Origin: Schmidtea polychroa
Lineage: Eukaryota
Assembly: GCA_044892525.1 (NCBI GenBank)
Contig: CM097885.1
Location: 61,194,001-61,258,000 of the forward strand
Length of the DNA stretch: 64,000 bases
Direction of reading: 5' to 3'
A program made the translations under genes and the position numbers. The notes beneath the pieces were generated by a model. That model was not told the origin of the DNA, ran no database searches, and saw nothing but the letters and a program-made list of their open reading frames with translations. Positions 23,481 to 36,800 of the stretch are shown here, one piece after another (the stretch's first letter is position 1; every line of letters starts with the position of its first letter).

Positions 23481-23749
23481 TTTGATAATTCTATTCCTTA
23501 ATTTTTAATCTAATTTATAAAGATGAAAGTTTGTTTGTTTTCTATAGAATTCCCTACCGTTGGGCCTAGGGTGCTGAAATTTTGCATGTGGCCCTCATTT
23601 GACTCTGGACAGGTCATAGGATAAGTTTCAACCCCAGGTGACCACCCCTAGGGTACCCTTAGTCGGTATTTTTTGTCTGTCCGGTCAGCAATTTACCATA
23701 TAAATAATAATTTATTATATGCTTGCTACTCGCAGTTGAAAGTAATATA

Positions 23750-25330
23750 GTTTAGTCAAAAGTTTTCAAAGCAGAATTAAACTTGGAGAATTTGAATTTT
23801 ATTTGATTAATGAACCAGTTTGGAATTGGAAAAATATTGCCGGTTATTTTTCGATTTAAATTGAAGAGCGTTTTCGATTTTACAAATTGAAATTTATTTT
23901 GAAAGCTTTTCTTATTGTGAATTAAACATGGAATTGAAGCTGTTATAAAATTAATACTGGAGCGTAATAACATCATAAACAAAAAATGAATTATTATAAT
24001 AAATGTAAACTCGGGTACAACAGATAGTTTGATTATAAATTTAATTTTAGTTGTATTGTTGTATACACGATTTAAAATACTTTTTGCTTCATTTAAATCT
24101 ATATTATTGTTTTTGCCAAACTTTAGAAGCAAAATTTACCTCTGTTAATATGTTTTGCATGATCATAAATTCAAAATTTTCAATTTTATTTTTAATAATT
24201 TGAGCATCATTTCTATATTTTTTGTGCTAATATAATTTAAGTTAAAGACCTAATGATATCGGTATATCGTACTTTGATAGCTACTAATGACAGTAGTCGT
24301 CCCGACCATCGGATTGGATTAAGTTTCTTTAAGGTTACTAGTAATTCTCCTGAAAAGTTGGAATGTAGGTCCCATCTTTTTACGCTATGTATAAATGTAT
24401 AAATTTCTTAAATTTTTGTAAAAAAATTTGCAATTTCTTTACATCCTTCGACTGCATCTTTAACGACGATATTTAAATTGTGGCTGGTACAATGAATATG
24501 TTCAACATTTATCTGGATTTCTTTAATTTTTCGTTGCAAGCCATTATATTCCCCTTTCATCACATTAGCATCACCATACCACTGACCAACACAATTTTCA
24601 ATTCATAAATCAAATATTTTTAATAGAGAAATAATTTGATCTTTCAATGAAAGACTTTTATTCCTTCTACAGAATGATCTTCCACTGAAACCGCTAGAAA
24701 TGATGGCCGATCAAATACATAATTCAAATTTATCAAAATAATTTTTCAAAAATAGTTCCATGACCTTTCATTTGTTTATTTAAACTTGAAAACATAGATT
24801 TTTACTTTTCCTTGTCGATTTACTTGAATCTCTATTACGTGTTTTTGTTGTTGTTTATATTGTTGTTTGTAGTGGTGCTAATGATAATGATGACGATTTT
24901 CCATTTTGAAACACACTTGCAACATTTGGTAAAAATTTCCAAAATTTCCCAATGATGGCAATATTTTCTGATCATTAATAATCCCTTGCAATTTTCATAT
25001 CGAAACTACCAAGTCGTTTAAGAATTGGAAGTGCAAATTATTTGCATAACAACCTGAACCACACTGTTTACCGATAAAATATGGGAATTCTTCACCATTT
25101 TGATTGCCACTGTACAATGAAATAATATCGTTATTGACCATCTAAATCGCAAAAATGCAATGTCAAATGAGATTTTTGTTCTTTTTGGAAAGCTAAATTA
25201 TCTTCCAGAATAGTCGCATATATTTATTTTTATATTGTTTATACATGATGTAGAAATTGACATTCGATTTTCTACTACTATTTGTACCACTTCATATGGT
25301 TCATATTTTTCAATCCATATGAATTTCAAT
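23750..25330 (-). mobile_element. Decayed hAT (ZMYM/DUF4371-type) transposase relic
   Basis: Fragments CVGQWYGDANVMKGEYNGLQ, HIHCTSHNLNIVVKDAV, LKKLNPIRWSGR, KNNNIDLNEAKSIL; many stops. Confidence 0.6.
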
Positions 25331-25403
25331 ATAAGAATAATAAAATCATCCAACAATGATCGGTTCAATAATATTGGAATGGATTAATATATATGCTGAT
25401 AAA

Positions 25404-25720
25404 CAGCGCCGTACTATCGCAAGTGCAATAAGTGCAATCGCACTGGGCCCCCTATTTTTGAGGGGCCCCAAATATTAAATACATTAGAAAAACTTCTCCA
25501 ATACCATAAATTACTACGAATTGAAAGAAAAAAAAAATTTGAAAATTCAAAATTCGTTTAACTTTCAAAAAAATCTAGTTGGCAACGATTTAATTTGAAA
25601 CAAATATACCTAATAATTCAGTTGTGGTTTAAATACAATCAATAAAAAATTAATTCAAATTTAAAAAAAAAATTTTTTTAGTTTCTGCACAGGGCCCCCA
25701 AGAGTTACAGCATGGCGCTG
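25404..25720 (+). mobile_element. 317-bp hAT MITE, internal-deletion derivative of the element at 42997-46263
   Basis: TIR CAGCGCCGT/ATGGCGCTG, 8-bp TSD CTGATAAA. Both arms are near-identical to the two ends of the 3.27-kb hAT, in opposite orientation. Confidence 0.92.
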
Positions 25721-26904
25721 CTGATAAACTGTAATTATTTTCGGTTTTGCTACACCTATATTAACTTTTCCACCTTGAAAATTGTTTCTTTTGCTAATCT
25801 AAATGCTCTTTAACCAAAAGTCAATCAAATCTGACATTACTATTAATATTACTATTACTAATAATATAAGGTTTCAATTCAAATTTTACAAACTGGTCTT
25901 TTTAAAGTTAAACATTATTCATTTTGTATTCATTTTTGACTTTACTATAGAATGAAAAGGGATTATACACAAACGTTAAATCCAACAAAGCAACTTCCCA
26001 ATTTCCATGCAAATAAATTGGATTTTGAAGAAAAACTATGAATTTGATTGCTTCATTATCGGGATACAATGTTGGACAACTATTGCTCGGTAAATCATGT
26101 AAAAATTAGATCTTTTGCTGATATCTATGTTGAGTTTTGATATCCATGCCACTTGACGTAATAAAGCTTATCCTTACCAACCCTTTCAGTTTTCAGTATT
26201 TTTTTAATTATAAATAATGTTGGGGGAGGAATAACTTGCAATTCTTGCTTAAAGAATTTGTCAAACAATTAATTATTTTCATAAACTTTAATGACATACA
26301 TGTTAGAAGATGGCCGAACGCTAAAGATTTTGAGATTTAAATATAACATGATAGGGAAGGATAAATATAGATTAAACATACATATTCAGAACAAGGAGTG
26401 ACGATGAGAGAAATTCAAAGAAGATTTTTGAGAAAGTGTAACAAACATTTTTTTTCTTTCGATTTTTTGTTTTAATTAATTTATGGGTAAACATACCGTA
26501 ATTACTGCACTTTGGTCAACTCATTTTTCTAGATTATACAGTTGGAAGTAATATTGTATAAGAATATTCTCTTCCTACAAATCGAGTTTTGCTTTAAAAA
26601 AGTTTTGAAACTCCTTGCACTGATAATTAATTTAATAATATTATTTACAAAACATCATTGGAGTTAATATAATAAATAATTATATAAATAGTTTTATTTA
26701 GATTTTTTACAATATTTTATTATTAATTTTTTTTGAAAGTGCATAATAACATTAATAAACAAGAACAATCCATTCAATTCATTATAATAACATTTAAGAG
26801 GCCCCTTCAGATTATGTAAATGCAAATTAAGATTCATTGAAACCACAATTAAAATTATATTTTGATATAAATAGAGTTATATTTTTCTGTATTTGTAAAT
26901 AAAA

Positions 26905-27903
26905 ATGCAACATATACAAGTGTCAATCATTTTATTTATTGTCTATATATTTCCAGAAGTCAAATTGATGGTCCTTGGAAACTTAACTCAGGCGCAAAAT
27001 TTTCCGAATCAACCTCCAAATATGGTATCGAGTCCATATAATTCAAATATTAACAGTACCATAAAATTCACATCCAACGATCAACTAAAATCCTTACTAA
27101 AAAGTTTGAATTTACGAAATTATACAGGAAACGGCCAGAATATGCAACAATCATTCTCACAGTTCTTAAATACAATAGTAAATCGAACAAATTTGTCGGC
27201 TTTGACAATAGGTCCTCCTAAGAAATCCCCGAAACAGCCAAAACCTTCACCGTCAAATCAATCACTTCTAGCACAGAATCAAAATACAACAGTAAATCGA
27301 ACGAATTTGTCGACTTTGACAATAGGTCCCATTAAGAAATCCCCGGAACAGCCAAAACCTTCACCATCAAATCAATCACTTTTAGCACAGAATCAAAATA
27401 AAATAATAAATCGAACGAATTTGTCGGCTTTGACAATAGATCCTCCTAAGAAATCCCCGGAACAGCCAAAACCTTCACCATCAAATCAATCACTTCTAGC
27501 ACAGAATCAAAATACAATAATAAATCGAACGAATTTGTCGGCTTTGACAATAGATCCTCCTAAGAAATCCACGGAAAAGCCAAAACCTTCACTGTCAAAT
27601 CAATCTCTTCTAGCACAGAATCAAAAAACAATAGTAAATCGAACGAATTTGTCGACTTTGACAATAGATCCTCCTAAGAAATCCCCGGAAAAGCCAAAAC
27701 CTTCACCATTAAATCAATCACTACTCGCACAGAATCAAAAAACAATAGTAAATCGAACGAATTTGTCGGCTTTGACAATAGATCTTCCTAAGAAATCCCC
27801 GGAAAAGCCAAAATCAAACTTATGGAAACCAATATTTATTCCAACTGTGAATTCAAATTTAACAAGTCTCAATAGAAATATCTCTTACCAGAATCCTAAA
27901 TAA
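26905..27903 (+). CDS. Secreted tandem-repeat (mucin-like) protein B, 332 aa: signal peptide, 5.5 x 38-aa Pro/Ser/Lys/Asn-rich repeats
   Basis: MQHIQVSIILFIVYIF hydrophobic start, TATAAATA about 35 bp upstream, AAAATG context. Each repeat carries NRT, NLS and NQS sequons. Confidence 0.8.
   Translation: MQHIQVSIILFIVYIFPEVKLMVLGNLTQAQNFPNQPPNMVSSPYNSNINSTIKFTSNDQLKSLLKSLNLRNYTGNGQNMQQSFSQFLNTIVNRTNLSALTIGPPKKSPKQPKPSPSNQSLLAQNQNTTVNRTNLSTLTIGPIKKSPEQPKPSPSNQSLLAQNQNKIINRTNLSALTIDPPKKSPEQPKPSPSNQSLLAQNQNTIINRTNLSALTIDPPKKSTEKPKPSLSNQSLLAQNQKTIVNRTNLSTLTIDPPKKSPEKPKPSPLNQSLLAQNQKTIVNRTNLSALTIDLPKKSPEKPKSNLWKPIFIPTVNSNLTSLNRNISYQNPK
27175..27810. repeat. 114-bp coding tandem repeat
   Basis: aatcgaac at 27181, 27295, 27409, 27523, 27637 and 27751. 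Confidence 0.95.
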
Positions 27904-30079
27904 GAAAAGAACATTATTGACAATAACATCATTAATTTATTGAAATAAAATGTTTCTAGTTATTTTTTTTATATAAATCAAAATTTTACATCATAAAAAT
28001 ACATAATTCTGGTGGTACCGTCTGTATGGCTGTAAAGCTAGTGAGTCTCCATCATTATCAAATGGAGATTTACCCTCATATTATTTAATAAACATATACA
28101 AATTGTGTGTCGATATTTAATTTTTTTAATAAATTATTTAAATTATTATCAAAAAATTCAAAAAGAAAAAATTATTATTAATTTGTTTTATTATCCGTTT
28201 TGTGCCCAGTAGTGCTGACCTTAAATTGCTTATGCGGACAGTAGGCCAGCACTGCTGGCCACGAATTTTTGTTCCAGACATTCAACAATGTGTTGAGGTT
28301 CTCAAATATCAACTTGATGGTTCCTATATAAATAAGAACACAAACACTGATTCAATAAATTTATTTAATTATCACAATTACAAATTAAAAAGGTATAGAT
28401 AACAATATATATGCGTGTGTATGTGTATGTGAATGCTTGCAGCTTCCTGAGCTCGGATGTGTAAATAGGTATGCTCTAAATTATAGTGCAATGTCAATTT
28501 TTGAATTTGTAACTCTTCTTAAAATATTTATGATTTCCTTATCAGTGTAAGTATCATGATTATTTATAAAATCTTCAACTGTGTTGTTATAAAATTCGAA
28601 TTTCAATGAACGATTATCTTCGGAAAAGGTTTGACTTAATTTAACTTTTACTAAATTTTCCTTATTTTTAGATTGACCTTTCTTGCTATAAATTACATAT
28701 ATAGAAGAAATTAACAAAAATAATAACGTAACCCAATGCGTTTTGTGATTTACACTGCCACGATCATATTCAACAGTTTTACTTGTAGAAATCATCAGTA
28801 ATAAAAAAATTTCTTAATAACTAAATTACTTTTGCCATTCGTACATCTTTTTTCACTATATCTTTCGATAGCATCACTATCATCATCAGGTTACCTACAT
28901 TCACTAGGGATGAATAACTATACAATATTGATAATTTATAAACAAATTAAAAAAATCAATAAATCTTTAAATTATAAATAACAATTTTAAATAATTATTT
29001 TTAAAAATAATTTTCAACAATCAATTATTTTATACTTTTAAATTTCTTTAAAAATTTTATTTCAATTATTTTTTTAATTATTTAACATAACAGTTATTCA
29101 ATATATATCAACATACAGAAACTTAATTATATGCTTTGTTTTTCTCTTTTTCTGTTATGCCGAATTTTTTTGAAATTTCGATATCTGTGACAAACTGTCA
29201 AGATATAAATTTTCTCCTGTTTTGTTATTGGAATTTAAAATTTCTTTTCCCCCTTTTGTAATTGTTAATTAATGATGACCTTTGTTTTAATTTCTTGTTT
29301 GCATTCTTTTGTTTGATTTATCTTTTTCATCTCTTGCTTCTTTTTACTTCCGTTGTCTTCTCCACGTTCCCACAGATCGTCCCATTTGTCATGACAATTT
29401 TCCCCCAGGAAATTTTATATACTTTTCATATTATTATTCAGGCATCCTCAATAGATAGTTAAAAGGAACAATTCAATTCATAAAATCAATAAAATTAAGT
29501 TCTTTTCTATTTATAAGTGCATTGCTTGAGATATAGTGTTTGAAAGGTCTTTAAGATATAAAGTCAATAGTTGCATTAAATGATAACACCATGGTATGAC
29601 CAAGGATAAGAAGTGAATTAAAGCAAGATCATCAATGCAAACTCATTTTCAACGGAAATCTTTGGTTTCAACTAAATTGGTCGTACGACAAATTAAATCA
29701 AGTAGTAATATAATTTATATTCCTAACTAAGTACTTCGAAAAGTGTTCAAATTTATTGTTAAAATAAAAAAAGCAGCCAAATGTTTATTTTTGAACTAAT
29801 TTGTCAGAATAAATGTTCAACTTTGAAAATTTACTCCCTAACCATTACCTATATCATCGAAACCATAATGAGTTAGACATATGTCCTGGAAATGTACACT
29901 CCATTTCTAGCATTATCCATTGAAGCATTTTTGTAATCAGTGTAAAATGAATATGATTTAGATAAAAGGCAAGTAACAATTAAATATCAAAACAATTTAA
30001 TAGAACTTCTATAGTTATATTTTATTAATAATATAAACAGACATGAGAATATTCCTGTAGATAAGTGATTTCACTAATA

Positions 30080-30322
30080 TCAAAAGAATTGATTGGACAG
30101 TCAATCTCAACTCTAATCCAATTAATGGAAGTTAATAAAATAGTGCTAAAATTTACACAATCAAAAGAATTGATTGGACAGTCAATCTCAACCCTAATCC
30201 AATTAATGGAAGTTAATAAAATAGTGCTAAAATTTACACAATCAAAAGAATTGATTGGACAGTCAATCTCAACCCTAATCCAATTAATGGAAGTTAATAA
30301 AATAATGCTAAAATTTACATAA
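30080..30322. repeat. 3 x 81-bp tandem repeat
   Basis: tcaaaagaattgattggacagtcaatc... starts at 30080, 30161 and 30242; nearly identical copies. Confidence 0.95.
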
Positions 30323-30387
30323 TCAAAAAGATAATTTTACGTATTGTAATTGAAAACCAAAAGTAAATTTTACAATACATTTCCTAT

Positions 30388-30859
30388 TTAATAATGAATA
30401 TCATTTGCGCTATGGGATATAATCTTTCCTAATTTCTGATTTTTGATTTCTTTCTTCTTCACTCCACCACTATCATTATCATCATCTTCATCATCATAAT
30501 TGAATGAACGGGCTTTACAATACGCTTGAATTTCGTCAAGAAACTGGTCTTCTCTTAACATTTCCTCTAACTTTTCTTGAGTATCTTTTTCAGTGAAATA
30601 ATTTTCATTATTAGTAATATTTTGAATATAACAATTTGCGATAGAATTTCGTCGCAAAGGCAGAAGAGTCTTATTGACATGGCGATTTTGAAGCTGAGGT
30701 ACGTCCACTTTGAAATTGTTTGACTCGTTATTGTCCTCTTTCGATATTTCAATATTTGTATCTTTATTAGAGGTCTTATTGAGTATGTTTGACGAGTCAC
30801 ATGATATCTTTTCACTTTGTGACAATGACCTTTTTATTACAGATTTCGAATCTTCTGAT
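30388..30859 (-). CDS. Probable terminal exon of AGBL5 (acidic/basic low-complexity tail)
   Basis: Acceptor ataatttctag|A, about 157 open codons, same strand downstream of exon 7. Linkage is not provable across two gaps. Confidence 0.45.
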
Positions 30860-33800
30860 CTAGAAATTATAAGATAATAACAAAAGAAAATAAATCTTGA
30901 CAATAAAAGCATGACAAGTGATAATAAATTTATATCAAATGACATTATGTTTTCACAAATACTTTGCAAGCACTGGAAACTCAGCCAAACTTACAAAATT
31001 ATTATAACGACTTTAACAACAGAACTTTAACAACAGATTCATGTTATCATTGCATAATATTTTACGGTTAGGATGGGAAAAAATACCATCTGAAAAGACT
31101 CAATAAATTTGAAATCTCAGATTACATTTTAGACAAAGTAAAACTAAAAAAATTTCCCAAAACATAAATATCAGAATATTATTTTCACTAACACTTCTTT
31201 CTACTTTTTACTAATATCATTACAGATACTGATAAATTATTTTGTCATGTCATTTTGTCAGGACAAAACTATTTTTACATTTATCTATGGCATAGTTTCA
31301 CAGGAGATATTATAATTTTGAAATTTGACCACTATTTTCTTTTTTAGTTTAATAGATTTTTTGGGTACGCGTATCGATACGCGGGCAAGCAGCTACCGGT
31401 ACGCGAATTACTATAAATAAAACAAACATCTATTAAAAATTTGTTTTGCGGAAAAAAACATGATCACAATAACCCATACATTTTGATATTTTACAATTTC
31501 TAATTTTCTAAAAATTTTAATGCCATTTGCGATCACATATTTATGTGAAACAGGATTTTCTGCAATGACTGCGATGAAAACCAAGTATAGAGCTTTGCTG
31601 GACATTGAATCGGATCTTCGCCTTAAAATGACAAACATTGAGCCCGATATTTCTTCTTTAGCTAATAATAAACAAGCCCAACCTTCTAACTAACTATTTT
31701 TTAAGTCATAATTCTATTTCATTTATCATTATTACAAATCTTAATTGCATTTTATATCCAATTAAAAAAATTAGGTGCACCAGTACACCATCAAATATTT
31801 TACAACGTACATGTACGGTAATATGAAAAGGTTGGGAACCCTTGACATATATTACAAAATGTATTAATATGGTAAATTAAAAACCCCAATTTTTGAAAAT
31901 GTAACTGAATCAATAGCGTTCCAATTAAAGATACAGACTTTCTTTCTTTTTCTAATTTTTCGATTGAAAAATAATATTTTTAAAACAGTTCCCAAGACAA
32001 TAATTGAACACCTCAACAACCTGACATCATACTTTGAGATATACAGTAAAGATAATTGTGTAATTTGTATTTGCNNNNNNNNNNNNNNNNNNNNNNNNNN
32101 NNNNNNNNNNNNNNNNNNNNNNNNNNNNNNNNNNNNNNNNNNNNNNNNNNNNNNNNNNNNNNNNNNNNNNNNNNNNNNNNNNNNNNNNNNNNNNNNNNNN
32201 NNNNNNNNNNNNNNNNNNNNNNNNNNNNNNNNNNNNNNNNNNNNNNNNNNNNNNNNNNNNNNNNNNNNNNNNNNNNNNNNNNNNNNNNNNNNNNNNNNNN
32301 NNNNNNNNNNNNNNNNTTCAACCTCTGATTTCTTTTCAATTGACATCGTATTTATTAAAAAATTCACTATGAATCAGTATAGATATCGATGTTTAATTTG
32401 GTTCCAGGACAATTCATCAAATATAAAATTCGAGCATCTGGCATATCTGGGCATAATTAGATTTAGATATACAATATAATTTTAAAACTTATATCAATAT
32501 AAAATGTTTTTAATCATTATTATTTTTACAAATTTAATTGCCCGATATGACCATTCAATTCATGAAGAGCGAAAAGGGTAAAAATAAGCTTTTAATAGAC
32601 GGTCACTTATTTTTTTAAGATAAGGAAACAGAAAAAACATATAGGAAATGTGAGATGTATCAGAAGAACAAGTTCCGTGTTCGTGCCATAATAAATAGCA
32701 ATAAAATTGAGGCAGTAAATGGGGTTCAAAATCATGTTGGGGATTATGCGCGTATAGAAGCTTTGAGGATGCAAGATATTGTATACGTAATCGGGCAATA
32801 AATAGTCAAGATGTATCTCAATATATTATATCAAACGCTTCAAATGGAATCAGTCACGCTGCTGTATGTCATATTGTAAAAACTGATAGTATCAATACGA
32901 AATATCAGAATAAGGAATCAATCAGTACCAACATTGCCTTTATCTCGGCAAGAAATTGTATTAAATACCGAATAATCAAATTAACTATGATCCGCTATTT
33001 ATTTAAGTTCACTGGTTTTTAGAGCGTCCCAAAATATCACTACGTAATATATATGTCGAAACATTAATTAGTTTTCCATTGACCTATTATATAATAGGAT
33101 TCTGACGTCTCGGATTGCGAAACCCACTGTGCAACTGTGGCAAAATCATTACATTTTATCATATTTGTAAAGGCAGGGTATCGGTTGTAATTGTATTGAA
33201 TCACTAAATTTGATAATGTCAAGAGTTTATTACTATAGTTATTAGAGCATGCAAGGAATTAGATCAAATAATTGTTGAAATCNNNNNNNNNNNNNNNNNN
33301 NNNNNNNNNNNNNNNNNNNNNNNNNNNNNNNNNNNNNNNNNNNNNNNNNNNNNNNNNNNNNNNNNNNNNNNNNNNNNNNNNNNNNNNNNNNNNNNNNNNN
33401 NNNNNNNNNNNNNNNNNNNNNNGCTTTGGTCAATTTTTGAAAAAGAGGAATTCATCACATTTATAGAGGAGCGATTATTTTTTTCTAATATTTGATTATT
33501 AATCGAAATAGAATTTGATTTTTTATTTACAACATCGCCGGATTTTTGTAAGATATCGAGTTGATATGAATTCAAAATTACTTCGTTTGAAAAAAGAGTG
33601 TTGGTTACTGATTTTACGTTCGACGCTGTTTTTTGATTGGGCAATCTTTGAATCACAGACGACTGAGATTTTCTAGAACCATTTAAAGATATTGAAGTCT
33701 GAGAGGAATTGAGACGCCGAGAACCCGAAGTGGCTGGATAGGGCTTTGAAGTGCTTGAAAAGCTACTATTGGATGGTTGGGTTTTAGTTTGACGGACAAC

Positions 33801-36800
33801 ACGACTTTTAAAAGAATATGATGGACGAGTTCCGATTTTCTGATTATATAGATATTTTTTCAGATACTCACAGAGCGACTAAAATGAAATTTATATAATA
33901 AAGTTTTTAAGTAAAAATCATTCACAAACTAAGAAATTGGAAATATAAAATTTATGATATTTCATATGTGTTGTCTAAAACTGCTCCATCGTTTGAAAAT
34001 CGGTTTTCAATTTTAAAAACAAAAATAAAGATTAATATTTATAAAATCAATTTATTTTTAAATTTAGTACATTTGAACATAGAATTTTTTTGCCTACACC
34101 AGTAAATTTAGTTTCACAATTCATTAAAATTGCGAGAGAAATTATAAAAAATTATAAATTTCAAATATATATGAATAGATGTTTGTAATGCATGTTAACA
34201 TTTTTAATATATGTTAACCCAGCGTTTCCCAAAGTGTGAATCGCGAAAAATCTTTAAATCTCGTACCGGGCCGCGGTCAAAAAAGTTTGGGAAACGCCGT
34301 GTTAACCTATTAACTGTTTATGTTGCATATACACGGCATTTTTAAATGATAATTTTTGTATAATGCAGCGTATATAAATCATGCTGAAAAAATTCCCATT
34401 TACTATGAAATTTACCTTTAATCTTTAAAGATTGTGAACATACTCTACAAATATGGTAAATTCACGTTCATTACATCAAACTAATATACATACAAATGAG
34501 CTTTGAAAAACTAATCAGTTAACAGATTAAATTATTAAATTTAATATTTCTAAGGTACAGGTGACCCTCCTATAACACGGTTTCCGACAACACGGTTTCT
34601 CTAACACGTTCAGGCTTTTAATGGTAGAGGTTCTATAACACGGTATCCGATTTCGCTCTTACACGTTCCGATTTTTTATAATTTAAAATCTAACCAATTC
34701 TGTATATATTTCAAAGAAAAAATATAATTAAACAAAAAAATCGAATCGACACAGTCATTTGTTTTTTTTTTGGTGCAAAATTTTGAAATAGGAAACAGTA
34801 CATAATTGTCAGAAAATGAAATTGATAACATATTAGAAGTTGCTGCATTGATCGGAGGTGAAGGTTTTGAAGATATGACTACACGTGACGTTCAAGATTT
34901 ATTTATGGAAGAAGAAATTGGTGAAGAGGATTTACTGAAAATGGCTTCAGAAGTTGTGCATCAAGTTGATTCCGAGGATCACAGTAGTGATAAAGACTGT
35001 GAAATTAATAATTTAAATCGGAAAAAATTACTGGTTTAAATTTAGCGGAAAATCTAGAATCATTTTTCGTGAATGCAGATCCATCTGCTGAAAGAAGCCG
35101 TAAGTTCAAAAGAGAACTGCAAAATTGTTTGGTCCCATATCAAGAAATGTTTAACGAGCTATATAGGAATAGCAAACAATCCAAAATTACAGACTTTTTA
35201 AAAAGGACAGGATTCGAAACGAATGAAAAAGATTCAGAAAAGAAAACAATTGATCTAAACAATGAAAAAACTTCGGAAAAGGACGTTGAATACGAAAATG
35301 AGGAGAAGAATACAGAACAGAGTACAGATGATCTGGATGATTCATTAAGAAGTTCTGAAATATAATTAAATAAAAATTAAATACTTACATGAATTTTGTT
35401 TTGCTTCTAAATCTTACATTTCTAATAAAATTGAAGTTATTTCTATGTACCTTAAAAATATGTGTATATATTTTAATTTTTGGAACCTAACTCCCTTTTT
35501 AATATTGGCCCTGGGTCCCATATAACACGGTTTCACACAATACGCCGTTGTCTTGGAACCTATCTACTGTGTTATAGGAGGGTCACCTGTATTTAAATTT
35601 TAAAGTATGAAAAGTAAAAAGAAAAACATCTGAAAATCATATTTAGATGTCTTACCTGATTCACATCTGTTTATTATATATTTTCTTATTACATCTGCTA
35701 TTTGTTGTTTACGAATTGGTTAATTACTAGTTTGTCACGTCTGTGTGCGTTCTCTGTTTACATTTGAGATTGGGTTTGTGTGCGCACACAAACGCGATTA
35801 GTGTCGTTTTTTATGAGTTGATTATCGGTTCTCGCGTCTGTGTGCGCTTTGTACTGGTTTTTGGAGTCTTTAGTGTGGGCACACAAACGCGGACAATTGT
35901 GAATATTATTATTTGAGTTTTTGATCGATTTCGGTTTTGATTGTATCGGTTTGAATTAGATTTGTTTTTCGATCGATTTTGGAAATAGGATTCGAATTCT
36001 GGAAGTTTTTTAGAATTGATTTATAATTTTGGTAATTCGGGTTGTTTTTGAATTTTCGGCCTTAGTGAAATATGGAAGATAATAAATGTTGATATGTCGT
36101 ATTTCAATGAGCAATATAGCGAAGAGATGTCTTTTCAGCATTGAAACTCGTCCATGTGATCGTGGCTCAACAAGATCGTTGCAAATTATTAGTGGAAGTA
36201 ATGTAAATGTCATAGATAATCAAGATTTTTATGAATTCGTTTATATTTCAAAATTTCTAATTGACATTAATTCAATTTTTCAAAGTTTATCAAGAGGATT
36301 GGAAATCAACGATTTAATTTCTGTAAATCATGAAAAGACAGAAGAGGAACTCCAAGATATGTTTATGAAATTTCCGCAAAAATTTAAGGATATTCGTAAA
36401 TTATCTGAAACCATTTATGACATTCGCGATAAAAAGATAAACTTGCTAACTTATGAATATGATATTCTATTTAATCGAGCTCTTACAAGGATCAACACAA
36501 TTCAAATGTTTATAAGCCAAAGTGTTGAACAATTATCCAATGTTTCAAATTCAATCATGGATCAATCTCAAATTATTGGACACGTTAAATGGTTTAACAA
36601 ACAATGGTTTTGTACAAATAAGGCGTGTGATGCGATTAATTACAAAGAAATTCTTCTGATGTGTCTTAGACGTAAACACGAATAATAATTTCTCGTATGA
36701 TAAATTGAGTGGAATGAATTAAAGTTAATCTATTTTTTTTATTTGTTAATATAGTTTTTTTCAGTGACAAACACTGTAAAGGACACAAAGCAAGATTAAA

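Noticed and set aside
28481-28795. 104-aa ORF with one hydrophobic stretch
   Set aside because: No motif or splice support; compatible with chance or a decayed fragment.
28850-28900. CTGATGA...GATAG/CTATC...GAAA hammerhead-like string (minus)
   Set aside because: No stem I or III complement and no NUH site.
30065-30322. 85-aa ORF of three 27-aa repeats
   Set aside because: Explained by the 81-bp tandem array; GTG start and no other coding evidence.
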